From Candidatus Micrarchaeia archaeon (lineage in GTDB: Archaea; Micrarchaeota; Micrarchaeia; Anstonellales; Anstonellaceae), in assembly GCA_041663445.1 (NCBI GenBank), contig JBAYMR010000001.1:47393-111392 (forward strand): a stretch of DNA of 64,000 nucleotides, read 5' to 3'. Position 1 is the stretch's first letter. The number at the start of each line of letters is the position of its first letter. Below, in pieces: positions 26,905-36,311 of this stretch. The position numbers and the translations under genes are program-made. Under the pieces are notes generated by a model. It saw only the letters and a program-made list of their open reading frames with translations. It searched no databases and was not told where the DNA came from.

Positions 26905-27783
26905 ATGCTTTGCTTCGTAGCGCTCGCGGTTTTCCTGCTGCTTTCCGTATTCTCAGCGAAGTACAGGCCGCTTGCGCGCCGCGCGCTTGATTGCGTGGCA
27001 AAAAAGGCCACGCTCCGCCCTTGCGACACCGGCCTTGACGAGGAGATAAAGGCGGCGAGCATCGCAGGCATCATGAAGATATCGCCAAAGGGCGCGTCTT
27101 TCCTCAACAGGCACTTCGAGGCGTTCTCGTTCCTGTTCACGCTGCTGTTCTTCGCCTCGCTGTTCTTCGCGCTGCAGGGGCTGTACAATTTCGCGGTATA
27201 CGGGAACTGCAACGGGTTTGAGGGCGGCTTCTGCATCTACTCGGGACTGCAGAACGAGGCGTTCCTCAAGGCGCCGACCTCGCTCCAGGGGATATCCGCA
27301 GGCAACCCCGGCGCAAACATAACCGTGATTGAGTTCGGCTGCTACACCTGCCCCTACACCAAGGCGGCGGAGGATGGCGTGAAGGGGATAATTTCCAGCT
27401 ACGGGAACAGGGTGCATTATGTTTACAAGGCATTCCCGCTCCCCGCCCACCCGTTTTCAAAGGAGGCTGCGCTTGCGGCGCTCTGCGCAAACGACGAGGG
27501 GAAATACTGGGAATACAGGGCTGCGCTCTTCGGCAGGCAGCAGGACGTGATGCAGAACGGCACCGCGGCGCTGTACGGCATTGCAAGCGGGCTCAACCTT
27601 ACATCTTTTGATGCGTGCTACGCGTCGGGCAAGCACAACGACTTGCTGCAGAAGAGCACGGACGAATGCACAGCGTCGGGCATCTACGGCACGCCCACAT
27701 TCTTCGTGAACGGGAAGGCGTTTGCAGGCCCCGGCGCGATAAACGACACCGAGAAGGAAGTGAAGAGGCTGCTTGGCGAGTAG
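26905..27783 (+). CDS. Membrane-anchored DsbA/thioredoxin-fold protein
   Basis: TVIEFGCYTCPYT, FPL..H, GKYWEY, GTPTFFVNG. Confidence 0.85.
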   Translation: MLCFVALAVFLLLSVFSAKYRPLARRALDCVAKKATLRPCDTGLDEEIKAASIAGIMKISPKGASFLNRHFEAFSFLFTLLFFASLFFALQGLYNFAVYGNCNGFEGGFCIYSGLQNEAFLKAPTSLQGISAGNPGANITVIEFGCYTCPYTKAAEDGVKGIISSYGNRVHYVYKAFPLPAHPFSKEAALAALCANDEGKYWEYRAALFGRQQDVMQNGTAALYGIASGLNLTSFDACYASGKHNDLLQKSTDECTASGIYGTPTFFVNGKAFAGPGAINDTEKEVKRLLGE

Positions 27784-27784
27784 G

Positions 27785-28978
27785 ATGGATGTTGACAAGC
27801 TACGCGCGGATTTCCCTGTTCTCCAATCCTCCAAGGCAATCTATTTTGACTCGGCCTGCACGACGCTCAAGCCGCGCATTGTGATTGATGCTGAAAGCGG
27901 CTACTACTCGGAGCTTTCCGCGTGCGCGGGCAGGTCGCACCATTCGCTTGCCAAAAGGACGGAGGAGAAATTCGAGGCGTCGCGGGAGAGGATTGCGCGC
28001 TTTGTCGGCGCAGGGAAAGGGCAGCTTGTTTTCACCAAGAACACGACGGAAGCGCTCAACCTTGTCATCCGCTCGCTGGATTATTCCTCGCGCAAAAAAA
28101 TCGTCGCCACGCCGCTGGAGCACCACTCGCTCCTGCTGCCGATAATGGAGCAGCAGAGAAGGGGCGTTGCGAAGATGGAAATGCTTGGCGTGCGGCAGGA
28201 CGGCACGATTGACGAATCGTCCCTTTCGCTCATTGACAGGGGCACTGCGCTCGTTGCAGTCCACCACACCACGAACACCACGGGCATGCGCGCGCCATTG
28301 GAGAAAATCGTGAAGGCGGCGCATGACGCCGGCGCGCTTGTGCTTGTGGACGGCGCGCAGGGCGTGCCGCACTCGCGCGTGGACTTTTCAAGGCTTGGCG
28401 CGGACTTCCTTGCCTTTTCGGGGCACAAGATGTGCGGCCCGACGGGCATTGGCTGCCTCGTCGGGAAGAAGGAGGCGTTTGAGGGGCTGGACACGTTCAT
28501 TGTGGGCGGGGAGACGGTGGAAACCGTGAGCCTGCAGGGCGTGAAATGGAAGGCGGCGCCCAAGCGGTTCGAGGGCGGCATACAGAATTATGCTGGCGCC
28601 ATCGGGCTTGCCGCGGCTTGCGATTACCTCGCGAAAATCGGCATGCAAAACATCGAGGAACATGAAAAGAGGATGGCGCGCGCGCTCATCGAGGCGATAA
28701 ACGCCATTCCAGGCTCGGCAATCTACGGCAGCCCAGACCCGTCAAAGCGCTGCGCCCTGGTTTCCTTCAACCTGAAAGGCGTTTCCGCGCACCAGGCCGC
28801 GCTCATGGCGGACTCGCTTGGCAAAATTGCGATGCGCTCGGGCGTTTTCTGCGCGGAGCCGGCTGCCAATGCGCTTGGCTTTGGAAAGGGAGCTGCGCGC
28901 GCATCGCTCTACCTGTACAATACCGGGGAGGAAGTGCGCATCTTCGCCGAGACGATGGGGAAGATTGCAAAGCTCTGA
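27785..28978 (+). CDS. Cysteine desulfurase (SufS-like, class V aminotransferase)
   Basis: LRADFP, YFDSACT, EHHS, DGAQ, SGHKM, RSGVFCA. Confidence 0.88.
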   Translation: MDVDKLRADFPVLQSSKAIYFDSACTTLKPRIVIDAESGYYSELSACAGRSHHSLAKRTEEKFEASRERIARFVGAGKGQLVFTKNTTEALNLVIRSLDYSSRKKIVATPLEHHSLLLPIMEQQRRGVAKMEMLGVRQDGTIDESSLSLIDRGTALVAVHHTTNTTGMRAPLEKIVKAAHDAGALVLVDGAQGVPHSRVDFSRLGADFLAFSGHKMCGPTGIGCLVGKKEAFEGLDTFIVGGETVETVSLQGVKWKAAPKRFEGGIQNYAGAIGLAAACDYLAKIGMQNIEEHEKRMARALIEAINAIPGSAIYGSPDPSKRCALVSFNLKGVSAHQAALMADSLGKIAMRSGVFCAEPAANALGFGKGAARASLYLYNTGEEVRIFAETMGKIAKL

Positions 28979-29027
28979 TTTTACAGCTCGGCACAAACAG
29001 GAATGCGGTGGATGACTGGCTCGCGTT

Positions 29028-30002
29028 TTACCAGTCCAGCACGTAACCGAACACGAGCGGAGCGACTATTGTCGCGTCCGACTCTATCACGAAGCGCGGC
29101 GTGGTGGAGTCAAGCTTGCCCCAGGTGATTTTCTCGTTGGGCACCGCGCCGGAGTAGCTGCCGTAGCTCGTGGTGGAATCGGATATCTGGCAGAAGTACG
29201 ACCAGAAGGGCGTCTTCTCCATCTTGAGGTCCTGGATTAGGAGCGGCACCACGCAAATCGGGAAGTCGCCCGCAATCCCGCCGCCTATCTGGAAAAAGCC
29301 AATCTTGTGCGCGGCGGACTCCTGCTTGTAGTATTCGATGAGCGAGCGCATGTACTCAAGCCCGCTCTTCATGGTGCGGATGTTCTTCAGCCCGCCTTTT
29401 ATCGTCTGGGAAACGAACATGTTGCCTAGCGTGGAGTCTTCCCAGCCGGGCACGAACATCGGGAGGTTCTTCTCCGCGGCTGCAAGCAGCCAGGAGTCCT
29501 TGGGGTCTATTTCATAGTGCTTCTTGAGCACGCCGGACAGGAGAAGCTCGTACATGTACTGGTGCGGGAAAATCGGGTCGTTGTCGCGCTCGTGCTTCTG
29601 CCAGAGCTTGAGCACCTCGGCTTCTATCCGCCTCATTGCCACGTCCTCGGGAATGCAGGTGTCGGTGACGCGGTTCATGCCGGAATTGTAAAGGTCCTCC
29701 TCTTCCTTGGGGGAGAGCTGGCGGTAGTGGGGCACGCGCTTGTAGTGCTTGTTTGCCACGAGGTTGAAGACGTCCTCCTCAAGGTTGGCGCCAGTGCACG
29801 TGATTGCGTGCACTTTGCCCTGGCGTATCATTTCCGCGAGGGATTTCCCAAGCTCCGCGGTGCTCATTGCGCCGGCCATGGTAAGGAACATGTGCCCGTC
29901 GGCATCCAGCAGGTCGCACCAGGCCTGGGAGGCGTCCACGACCACCGCCGCGTTGAAGTGCTTGTAGTGCTTCTTCACGAAATTCCTGATGTACCCTGCC
30001 AT
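29028..30002 (-). CDS. Deoxyhypusine synthase-like protein
   Basis: AGAMSTAE, TGANLEED, NRVTD, IGGG, YGSYSGAVPNEKITWGK. Confidence 0.88.
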   Translation of the reverse strand: MAGYIRNFVKKHYKHFNAAVVVDASQAWCDLLDADGHMFLTMAGAMSTAELGKSLAEMIRQGKVHAITCTGANLEEDVFNLVANKHYKRVPHYRQLSPKEEEDLYNSGMNRVTDTCIPEDVAMRRIEAEVLKLWQKHERDNDPIFPHQYMYELLLSGVLKKHYEIDPKDSWLLAAAEKNLPMFVPGWEDSTLGNMFVSQTIKGGLKNIRTMKSGLEYMRSLIEYYKQESAAHKIGFFQIGGGIAGDFPICVVPLLIQDLKMEKTPFWSYFCQISDSTTSYGSYSGAVPNEKITWGKLDSTTPRFVIESDATIVAPLVFGYVLDW

Positions 30003-30127
30003 GTTCCCACCCCGATGGACCGCACCAAAAAAGAACGCGCGACAATGAAAAAATGTTTTTTGCACTCTGAAAGACGGCGTGAAAATATATAAGTGTTTGG
30101 GCTTTACGGGGTGAAAATGAGGGTATT

Positions 30128-30982
30128 TTACATGAACTCCTCGACATACTTCGTGATGTCGGTGGATGAGATGTCGTGCTTCACGAGCGGCGCGTCCTTT
30201 ATGAACGGTATTTCGTCGGTGTAAATCGGCTTTTCGGATTTGTAGAACACGCCGATTGGCCAGCGCTCGGTTTCCTGCGCGCGCTTCATTGCCGCGTCCA
30301 GGCTGGACGGGTCGTGCCCTTCGGCTTCGAGCTTGTAGATTTTCTTCTGGTACAGGTCGTATGGAAGGTCTTTCCGCCAGCTCACGCAGGGCTGGAACAC
30401 GTCTATGTGGGCGATGCCCCTGTGGGCGATGCCTTGGGAAATCAGGCCGGTAAGATGGGGAATGTCCCCTGCAAAGCCGCGCGCGACAAACGTTGCCCCG
30501 GCGGAAAGGGACATCAGGATGGGGTTGATTTCGCGCTCTATCGCGCCGTTGGGCGTGGACTTCGTCTTTGTGCCCTGCTTCGTGGTCGGCGAGGTTTGCC
30601 CCGTGGTCAGCCCGTATATCTCGTTGTCCTGGACGATGTATGTGAAGTCCATGTTGCGCCGCATCGCGTGCACGAAGTGCCCCATGCCGATGCCGTACCC
30701 GTCGCCGTCCCCGCCCACCGCAATCACCGTGAGCGAATTGTTTGCGAGGTGGATGCCCTGCGCAGGGGGGAGGGAACGGCCGTGGAGCCCTTCAAAGCCG
30801 TATGCCTTTATGAAATGCGGGAGCTTGGAGCCGCAGCCCACACCGGAAACGACCACGGCCTCGTGCTGAGGGATGTTGAGCTTTGCAAGTGCGCCTTTCA
30901 GCGCTATCAGTATGCCGAAGTCGCCGCAGCCAGGGCACCAGGTGGGCATGTGGCCGGAGTTGAGTTCTGCAACGGTAACCAT
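30128..30982 (-). CDS. 2-oxoacid:ferredoxin oxidoreductase beta subunit
   Basis: TWCPGCG, SGVGC, LHGR, GGDGDG, YGLTTGQTSPT. Confidence 0.93.
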   Translation of the reverse strand: MVTVAELNSGHMPTWCPGCGDFGILIALKGALAKLNIPQHEAVVVSGVGCGSKLPHFIKAYGFEGLHGRSLPPAQGIHLANNSLTVIAVGGDGDGYGIGMGHFVHAMRRNMDFTYIVQDNEIYGLTTGQTSPTTKQGTKTKSTPNGAIEREINPILMSLSAGATFVARGFAGDIPHLTGLISQGIAHRGIAHIDVFQPCVSWRKDLPYDLYQKKIYKLEAEGHDPSSLDAAMKRAQETERWPIGVFYKSEKPIYTDEIPFIKDAPLVKHDISSTDITKYVEEFM

Positions 30983-31010
30983 GGTATCACTCGCTTTCCA
31001 TCATTCACTT

Positions 31011-32765
31011 TCACTTTCGCCCGACGAGCCCAGCCACGTGCCCGGCAATCTCCTCGGGCGTGAACGGGCGCGCGTCGTAGCGCAGGTACGCTTTCTCTAT
31101 GTAATAGCCGGTCTTCTGCAATATGAGGGTGCGCATCTGCGCCTCGGAATTGCCCTCGATGATGACCGTGTTTTTCGATGCCTTGAGGGTCCGAAGCACG
31201 GCGGACGCCGGGAACGGCGAGGCGTACCTGATGTGCATGAGCCGCGCAGCCACGCCCTTCTGCTCAAGGAGCCTGAGCGCCTCGAGCGCCGGCCCTTTCG
31301 TGGAGCCCCAGCATACGATTGTGATGTCTGACAGCGCCACGGACGCCCCGTAGAACGAGGGCGCGATGAAAACCTCGGGGATTAGGGAGAGCTTTCTCGC
31401 GCGCTTGTCCACCTGCTTCACGCGCTCGGCGCCATCCTCAGTTGAAAAGCCAGTCTCGTCGTGCTCGTAGCTGGAGCAGACGTGCATCCCGTTCTTCTGC
31501 CCCGGCAGGCAGCGGTTCGAAATCCCGTTGGCAGTGTATTCGTAGCGCTTGAAGGCGGTTGCCGCCTCCATCTGCGCGTCGGCCATGAGCTTGCCGCGCT
31601 CGACCTTGAGCGGGAGCTTGCGGAAGTCCTCCACGGTCTGCGAGCTTTCGGAAAGGTACTTGTCAAGGAGCACGATGACCGGCACCTGGAGGAGCTCGGC
31701 GATGTTGAATGCGTTGAACGCCTCGACGTAGCATTCGGTGGCGTCGCCAGGCGCGACCACCACGCGCGGGAACTCGCCTTGCGAGGTGTGGAGCGAGAAG
31801 AGCAGGTCTGCCTGCTCGGTATATGTCGGGAGCCCGGTGGACGGGCCTGCGCGCTGGGAATTGAATATCACGCACGGGGTTTCCATCATGCCCATCATGC
31901 CGATTGCCTCGGACATGAGCGAAAAGCCGCCGCCGGACGTAGCTGTCATGGAGCGCGCGCCCGCAAACGCGGCGCCGGCAATCATGTTCGCCGCCGAAAT
32001 TTCGTCCTCGGTCTGTTTCACGATTATCCCGTAGTCGCGCTCGTGCCCAGCCATGAGGTGCAGTATCGCTGTGGACGGGCTCATGGGGTATTCCGCCACG
32101 AACTTGCAGCCCGCAGCAATCGCGCCAGCCACGGACGCCTCGTTGCCGTTTATGAAAAGCGTTTTCTCGCGCTTCACGAATTCCACCCTTGCCGGAAAGC
32201 TGCCGTTCGTGACGGACTTTGAAAAATCATAGCCTGCACGGGCCGCCGCGATGTTGGCGTCCACCACGCCCTGCCCTTTCCGCATCCATAGCTTGTGCAT
32301 CATGCCCTCGATTATCGAGAAATCCATGCAGAGGATTCCCATCGCGGCGCCGAGGGCGACTGTGTTGAACATTATCTCCCCGCCGGCTGCGGCCGCCATC
32401 TGGGAAAGGGGCGCGCCGACGTAGGCGATGTCCTGCCTTTTTGCGATTTCCTTTGCATCGCTTACCTTGCTTGAATCGTAAATGAGCGCGCCGCCCTCGG
32501 ACAGTTCTGATGCGCGCACCTCCACCGTCTTCTTGTCAAGCGCAATCAGTATGTCGGGCTTTCCCAGGAGGGAAAATATCGGCGTGGGGCTGGCGCTTAC
32601 CGCGTATGTGTTGTGCCCGCCCTTGATGAGAGACGGGTAGTCGTTTGTGCCGAATACCTCAAGCCCGCTCCGCTGCAGGCATTTTGCGAAAAGCGTGCCA
32701 ACCGAAGCAACGCCCGCCCCGGCAGGGCCACCTATGAGAAAGTTCACCCTATTCACATCAGCCAT
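31011..32765 (-). CDS. 2-oxoacid:ferredoxin oxidoreductase alpha subunit (gamma-alpha fusion)
   Basis: GGPAGAG, YPMSP, QTEDE, TSGGG, QRAGPSTG. Confidence 0.93.
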   Translation of the reverse strand: MADVNRVNFLIGGPAGAGVASVGTLFAKCLQRSGLEVFGTNDYPSLIKGGHNTYAVSASPTPIFSLLGKPDILIALDKKTVEVRASELSEGGALIYDSSKVSDAKEIAKRQDIAYVGAPLSQMAAAAGGEIMFNTVALGAAMGILCMDFSIIEGMMHKLWMRKGQGVVDANIAAARAGYDFSKSVTNGSFPARVEFVKREKTLFINGNEASVAGAIAAGCKFVAEYPMSPSTAILHLMAGHERDYGIIVKQTEDEISAANMIAGAAFAGARSMTATSGGGFSLMSEAIGMMGMMETPCVIFNSQRAGPSTGLPTYTEQADLLFSLHTSQGEFPRVVVAPGDATECYVEAFNAFNIAELLQVPVIVLLDKYLSESSQTVEDFRKLPLKVERGKLMADAQMEAATAFKRYEYTANGISNRCLPGQKNGMHVCSSYEHDETGFSTEDGAERVKQVDKRARKLSLIPEVFIAPSFYGASVALSDITIVCWGSTKGPALEALRLLEQKGVAARLMHIRYASPFPASAVLRTLKASKNTVIIEGNSEAQMRTLILQKTGYYIEKAYLRYDARPFTPEEIAGHVAGLVGRK

Positions 32766-32872
32766 GGAATCACTGTTGGTCGCGCAGGAAAAGCGGAATT
32801 GAAATTAATAAAGGTTCTTGACGGTGATTGACGTAGTCGGAAAGAAGGAAAAGGAACGGGCGGCGCGGAAAA

Positions 32873-33358
32873 TCAGATGAACTTGCCCATCACGGTCTGC
32901 GAGCCATACTGCTTTACGCCGGCGATGCCGCTTGGCGTAGTGTACGTGATGTTCACGCCCCAGTCATAAACAGCCCCGGGGGTGTTGACGCCGCACCCGC
33001 CAAAGGACATCTTCTTTGCTTCGCCAGGGGCAAATGTCATAGAAGTGGTGTTTGCCGTGCATGGCCCGACATTGAGGGAGGTGATGGTGTATTGCCCGTC
33101 CGCCTTCATGGTCTGGATGGTAAAAGTCCCCGTCCCGTTCACGGTTACGTTCCCGGTTATGCTCCCGGCAGCCACGACGTTCTCCATTATGGCAAACGGT
33201 GAGGCGCTTTTCCAATAGGTGCTTGACTGCGTTATCTGCGCGTCGGCAGCCATCCCCGGGAAAAACCCGAGAAGCGCAACGGAAACGAGCGCGACAATCA
33301 ATACTACCGCCAGCAGAACCAGATATTCGGTTGCCCCTTGCCCTCGAAATAAACCCAT
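32873..33358 (-). CDS. Archaeal pilin-like protein, class III signal peptide
   Basis: FRGQGATEYLVLLAVVLIVALV. Confidence 0.88.
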   Translation of the reverse strand: MGLFRGQGATEYLVLLAVVLIVALVSVALLGFFPGMAADAQITQSSTYWKSASPFAIMENVVAAGSITGNVTVNGTGTFTIQTMKADGQYTITSLNVGPCTANTTSMTFAPGEAKKMSFGGCGVNTPGAVYDWGVNITYTTPSGIAGVKQYGSQTVMGKFI

Positions 33359-33465
33359 AAGATGACCCTATGGAACCGGAATTCGGGTTGAAAATATATA
33401 AACGCTTGCCAACTATGATTGAAAATAAGGCATAGGCCAGGCTCTCAATACAAAAAAGAAAAAAA

Positions 33466-33531
33466 TCAGTTGCTCTTCGCGCGCTTCCTGCTCTGGCGCT
33501 TTCCGCTTGCCGAATGCTTTCCTCTCTTCAT
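33466..33531 (-). CDS. 21-aa Lys/Arg-rich micro-protein (MKRGKHSASGKRQSRKRAKSN)
   Basis: SD GAGGTGA; lies directly downstream of tRNA-Arg and is followed by an oligo-T tract. Confidence 0.6.
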   Translation of the reverse strand: MKRGKHSASGKRQSRKRAKSN

Positions 33532-33557
33532 ATTTTCACCTCGAAATCTCCAGATAG

Positions 33558-33631
33558 CGCCCTCGCAGGGATTTGAACCCTGATCTCAAGCTCCGCAAGC
33601 TCGCATTCTATCCAAGTTATACTACGAGGGC
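33558..33631 (-). tRNA. tRNA-Arg(GCG)
   Basis: Acceptor GCCCTCG/CGAGGGC; anticodon arm CGAGC-TTGCGGA-GCTTG; T-arm CAGGG-TTCAAAT-CCCTG. Confidence 0.95.
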
Positions 33632-33695
33632 ACGGGATGATAAGAGACTAAACCCTTATTAAGTTTAGGCACCCACAGATTTCCCACGTGGGAAC

Positions 33696-34100
33696 ATGTC
33701 TTCAAGCTCGGTTGCGCGCATAGACGAAAAGGGCAGGCTCATCGTGCCCGCCGCCTACAGGGAGGTTTTGAACCTCAATGAGAACAGCAACGTGCTCCTT
33801 ACGCTTGACACTTCGAAAAATTGCCTTGTCCTGCTCCCATTCGCCTCGGCAGGCGACGAGCTTTACAGGGTGGGCGTGGCGCTCTCGGACGCGCCTGGCT
33901 CGCTTTCGCGCCTGCTTATCCTGCTTGCAAAGTCCGGCGTTGATTTGGTGCAGTCGGAGTCCATCGCCTCGGACAGGGGCAGGAGCGCGCAATGGCATGC
34001 CACGGTGGACCTGTCCAAGTGCAAGGCAAAGCCAGCGGCGATAAGGGAGCTTCTTCTTAGGGAAAAGGTGGCGACGAAAGTGGAAATCGCGCAGGTCTGA
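33696..34100 (+). CDS. AbrB/MraZ-type DNA-binding domain plus ACT domain regulator
   Basis: RIDEKGRLIVP; LSDAPGSLSRL. Confidence 0.82.
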   Translation: MSSSSVARIDEKGRLIVPAAYREVLNLNENSNVLLTLDTSKNCLVLLPFASAGDELYRVGVALSDAPGSLSRLLILLAKSGVDLVQSESIASDRGRSAQWHATVDLSKCKAKPAAIRELLLREKVATKVEIAQV

Positions 34101-34163
34101 GCTGCCAGCGTTGCAGGAAGATTTAAAACATGGTACTTGCTTAGCGATACGGGAGGCTGTTTT

Positions 34164-34415
34164 ATGGGGTTTATGAATTTGTTCGAAAAGAAGGAGCCGA
34201 TGACTGAATCGAAAATAATGGCGTTGATTCCCGAAGCCACTAGCCTGAGAAAAGTCAATAGGATAATCGAGTGTGTGAAGGGGTTCCCATACTCAACTAG
34301 CACAGGCATCTTCAGTGCCCTTGAAAATCAGGTCAAAAGCGGGTCTTTCCCAAATAGAAAGCAGGAGACCGCAACCAACAGCATAAGAGCGGCAAGGATG
34401 AAATTGGTGAGATAA
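34164..34415 (+). CDS. Hypothetical protein
   Basis: SD GGAGG and upstream TTTAAAA. Confidence 0.55.
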   Translation: MGFMNLFEKKEPMTESKIMALIPEATSLRKVNRIIECVKGFPYSTSTGIFSALENQVKSGSFPNRKQETATNSIRAARMKLVR

Positions 34416-34519
34416 CTTTTTCTGTTTCTTCGCTTTTTTGCCCGTTTAGCGCCTAGCCTAGCGCACGTTTTATAAACCCTTTGCCCACTAACATGGGAAA
34501 ATGGGAAAAAGGTGGGAAT

Positions 34520-34849
34520 ATGAGAAATGTTAAAACCATGACGAACCTGGCAAAAGTGGAAGCCATTGTGAAGGGGATGGAAAAGAACGGAGGGCGGGAC
34601 AGGATATTCTCCGCGGAGAAGGGGCTGGCTCTCCTCCGGCAAGTGCCGCTTGGGAACGGCTCGCGGGAAAAGGCCATCGAGGCGGCAGACGGCCTGGCGC
34701 GGGAATTGAGAAAGGATTATGGCTGCCCGGAAAAGCGCATCCGGGCGGCGGTTACGGTGACTAAAATCACATCGTTTGCAAGGGAAATAACGCCGTTCGG
34801 CGGCTGCAAGGCAGGGCAGATGATGGTGGAAACGCTCTGCCTTGCCTGA
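34520..34849 (+). CDS. Hypothetical protein
   Basis: TTTATAAA promoter and SD AGGTGG. Confidence 0.55.
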   Translation: MRNVKTMTNLAKVEAIVKGMEKNGGRDRIFSAEKGLALLRQVPLGNGSREKAIEAADGLARELRKDYGCPEKRIRAAVTVTKITSFAREITPFGGCKAGQMMVETLCLA

Positions 34850-34937
34850 CATGAATTTGCGTCTTTTCATTTTTGTCGCACCTGGAGCGCAAGCTTTAAA
34901 CGCACCGCCTGCCCACGTTATGTGGGAATAAGGTGGG

Positions 34938-35069
34938 ATGATGAAGAAGGCGAAGAAAGAGGAGGAACGGAAGCGCAATGTCTCAATCGGCGGCGCGTTC
35001 GAGCTGGTTGACAGCATAAACGAATACGCCCGCCGGAAGAACTCCGTGCTTGGCGCGCTTGCCGATTGA
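34938..35069 (+). CDS. Small hypothetical protein (43 aa, MMKKAKKEEERKRNVSIGGAFELVDSINEYARRKNSVLGALAD)
   Basis: TTTAAA promoter and SD AGGTGG; not in the ORF track. Confidence 0.5.
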   Translation: MMKKAKKEEERKRNVSIGGAFELVDSINEYARRKNSVLGALAD

Positions 35070-35156
35070 GGCGCATTGGAGGATTATTCCCATTTGAATA
35101 AAACAGGCAGCGCAGTTTATAACGGGGCTTTTGGAAATTCTTCTTGGTGAGGCTCC

Positions 35157-36311
35157 ATGGCAACAAAAATATTCTCTTCAGAGTCGGTGACGGAAGGGCA
35201 TCCGGACAAGATTTGCGATGCTGTGTCTGATGCCATACTCGACGCGATTTTGGGCAAGGACCCCAAAGGCAGGGTGGCTGTGGAAACGCTGGTCACGACA
35301 GGCACGGTGATAGTTGCGGGGGAAGTGACCACCAGGACGTATGTGGACGTCCAGAAAACCGTGCGCGAGACGCTGCGGGACATCGGCTACACCAACCCCG
35401 AGTACGGGCTTGATTCCAAGGACTGCGGGGTGCTCACCGCAATACATGAGCAGTCGCCGGACATCTCGGTAGGGGTGGACGGGAACAAGGAGCACGAGCA
35501 GGGCGCAGGGGACCAGGGGATGATGTTCGGGTATGCCTGCGACGAGACGCCGCAGCTCATGCCCCTGCCCATCATGCTTGCGCATGCAATCACGCGGCGC
35601 CTGTCGGAAGTGAGGAAGAAAAAAATCCTCCCATGGGTCCGCCCCGACGGCAAGAGCCAGGTGTCGGTGGAATACGTTGACGGGAAGCCGAAGCGCGTTG
35701 TTACCGTCGTAGTTGCTGCGCAGCACGACCCGGGCGTCCCCAGGGAAAGGATAGAGAAGGAAATAATCGAGCAGGTGGTGAAGCCAGCGTGCGGCAAGTG
35801 GTTCACTCCTGAGACGAAGTATTTCGTGAACGGCACGGGCATCTTCGTGGTGGGCGGCCCCGAGGGGGACACGGGCGTCACGGGCAGGAAAATCATCGTG
35901 GACACCTATGGAGGCATGGGAAGGCACGGCGGAGGCTGCTTCTCGGGAAAGGACCCGTCGAAGGTGGACAGGTCGGGCGCGTACATGGCGCGCTACATCG
36001 CGAAAAACGTGGTGGCGTCAGGGCTTGCCAGCCGCTGCGAGGTGCAGATTTCATACTGCATCGGCATTGCAAAGCCCACGTCGGTTTACGTGGACACGTT
36101 CGGCACCGGCAAGGTGCCGGATGAGAGGATAGAGGCGCTTGTTGAGAAGAACTTCGGCCTCAAGCCTGCGGAGATAATCTCGCACCTGCAGCTTTTGCGC
36201 CCCATATACAGGAAAACGTCGGCTTACGGGCATTTCGGGCGCGAGGAGCCGGAGTTCACCTGGGAGAAAACGGACAAGGCCGCGGAGCTTAGGAAGCAGG
36301 CGGGAATCTAG
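35157..36311 (+). CDS. metK: S-adenosylmethionine synthetase, bacterial/eukaryotic type
   Basis: [38 protein letters not shown]. Confidence 0.96.
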   Translation: MATKIFSSESVTEGHPDKICDAVSDAILDAILGKDPKGRVAVETLVTTGTVIVAGEVTTRTYVDVQKTVRETLRDIGYTNPEYGLDSKDCGVLTAIHEQSPDISVGVDGNKEHEQGAGDQGMMFGYACDETPQLMPLPIMLAHAITRRLSEVRKKKILPWVRPDGKSQVSVEYVDGKPKRVVTVVVAAQHDPGVPRERIEKEIIEQVVKPACGKWFTPETKYFVNGTGIFVVGGPEGDTGVTGRKIIVDTYGGMGRHGGGCFSGKDPSKVDRSGAYMARYIAKNVVASGLASRCEVQISYCIGIAKPTSVYVDTFGTGKVPDERIEALVEKNFGLKPAEIISHLQLLRPIYRKTSAYGHFGREEPEFTWEKTDKAAELRKQAGI

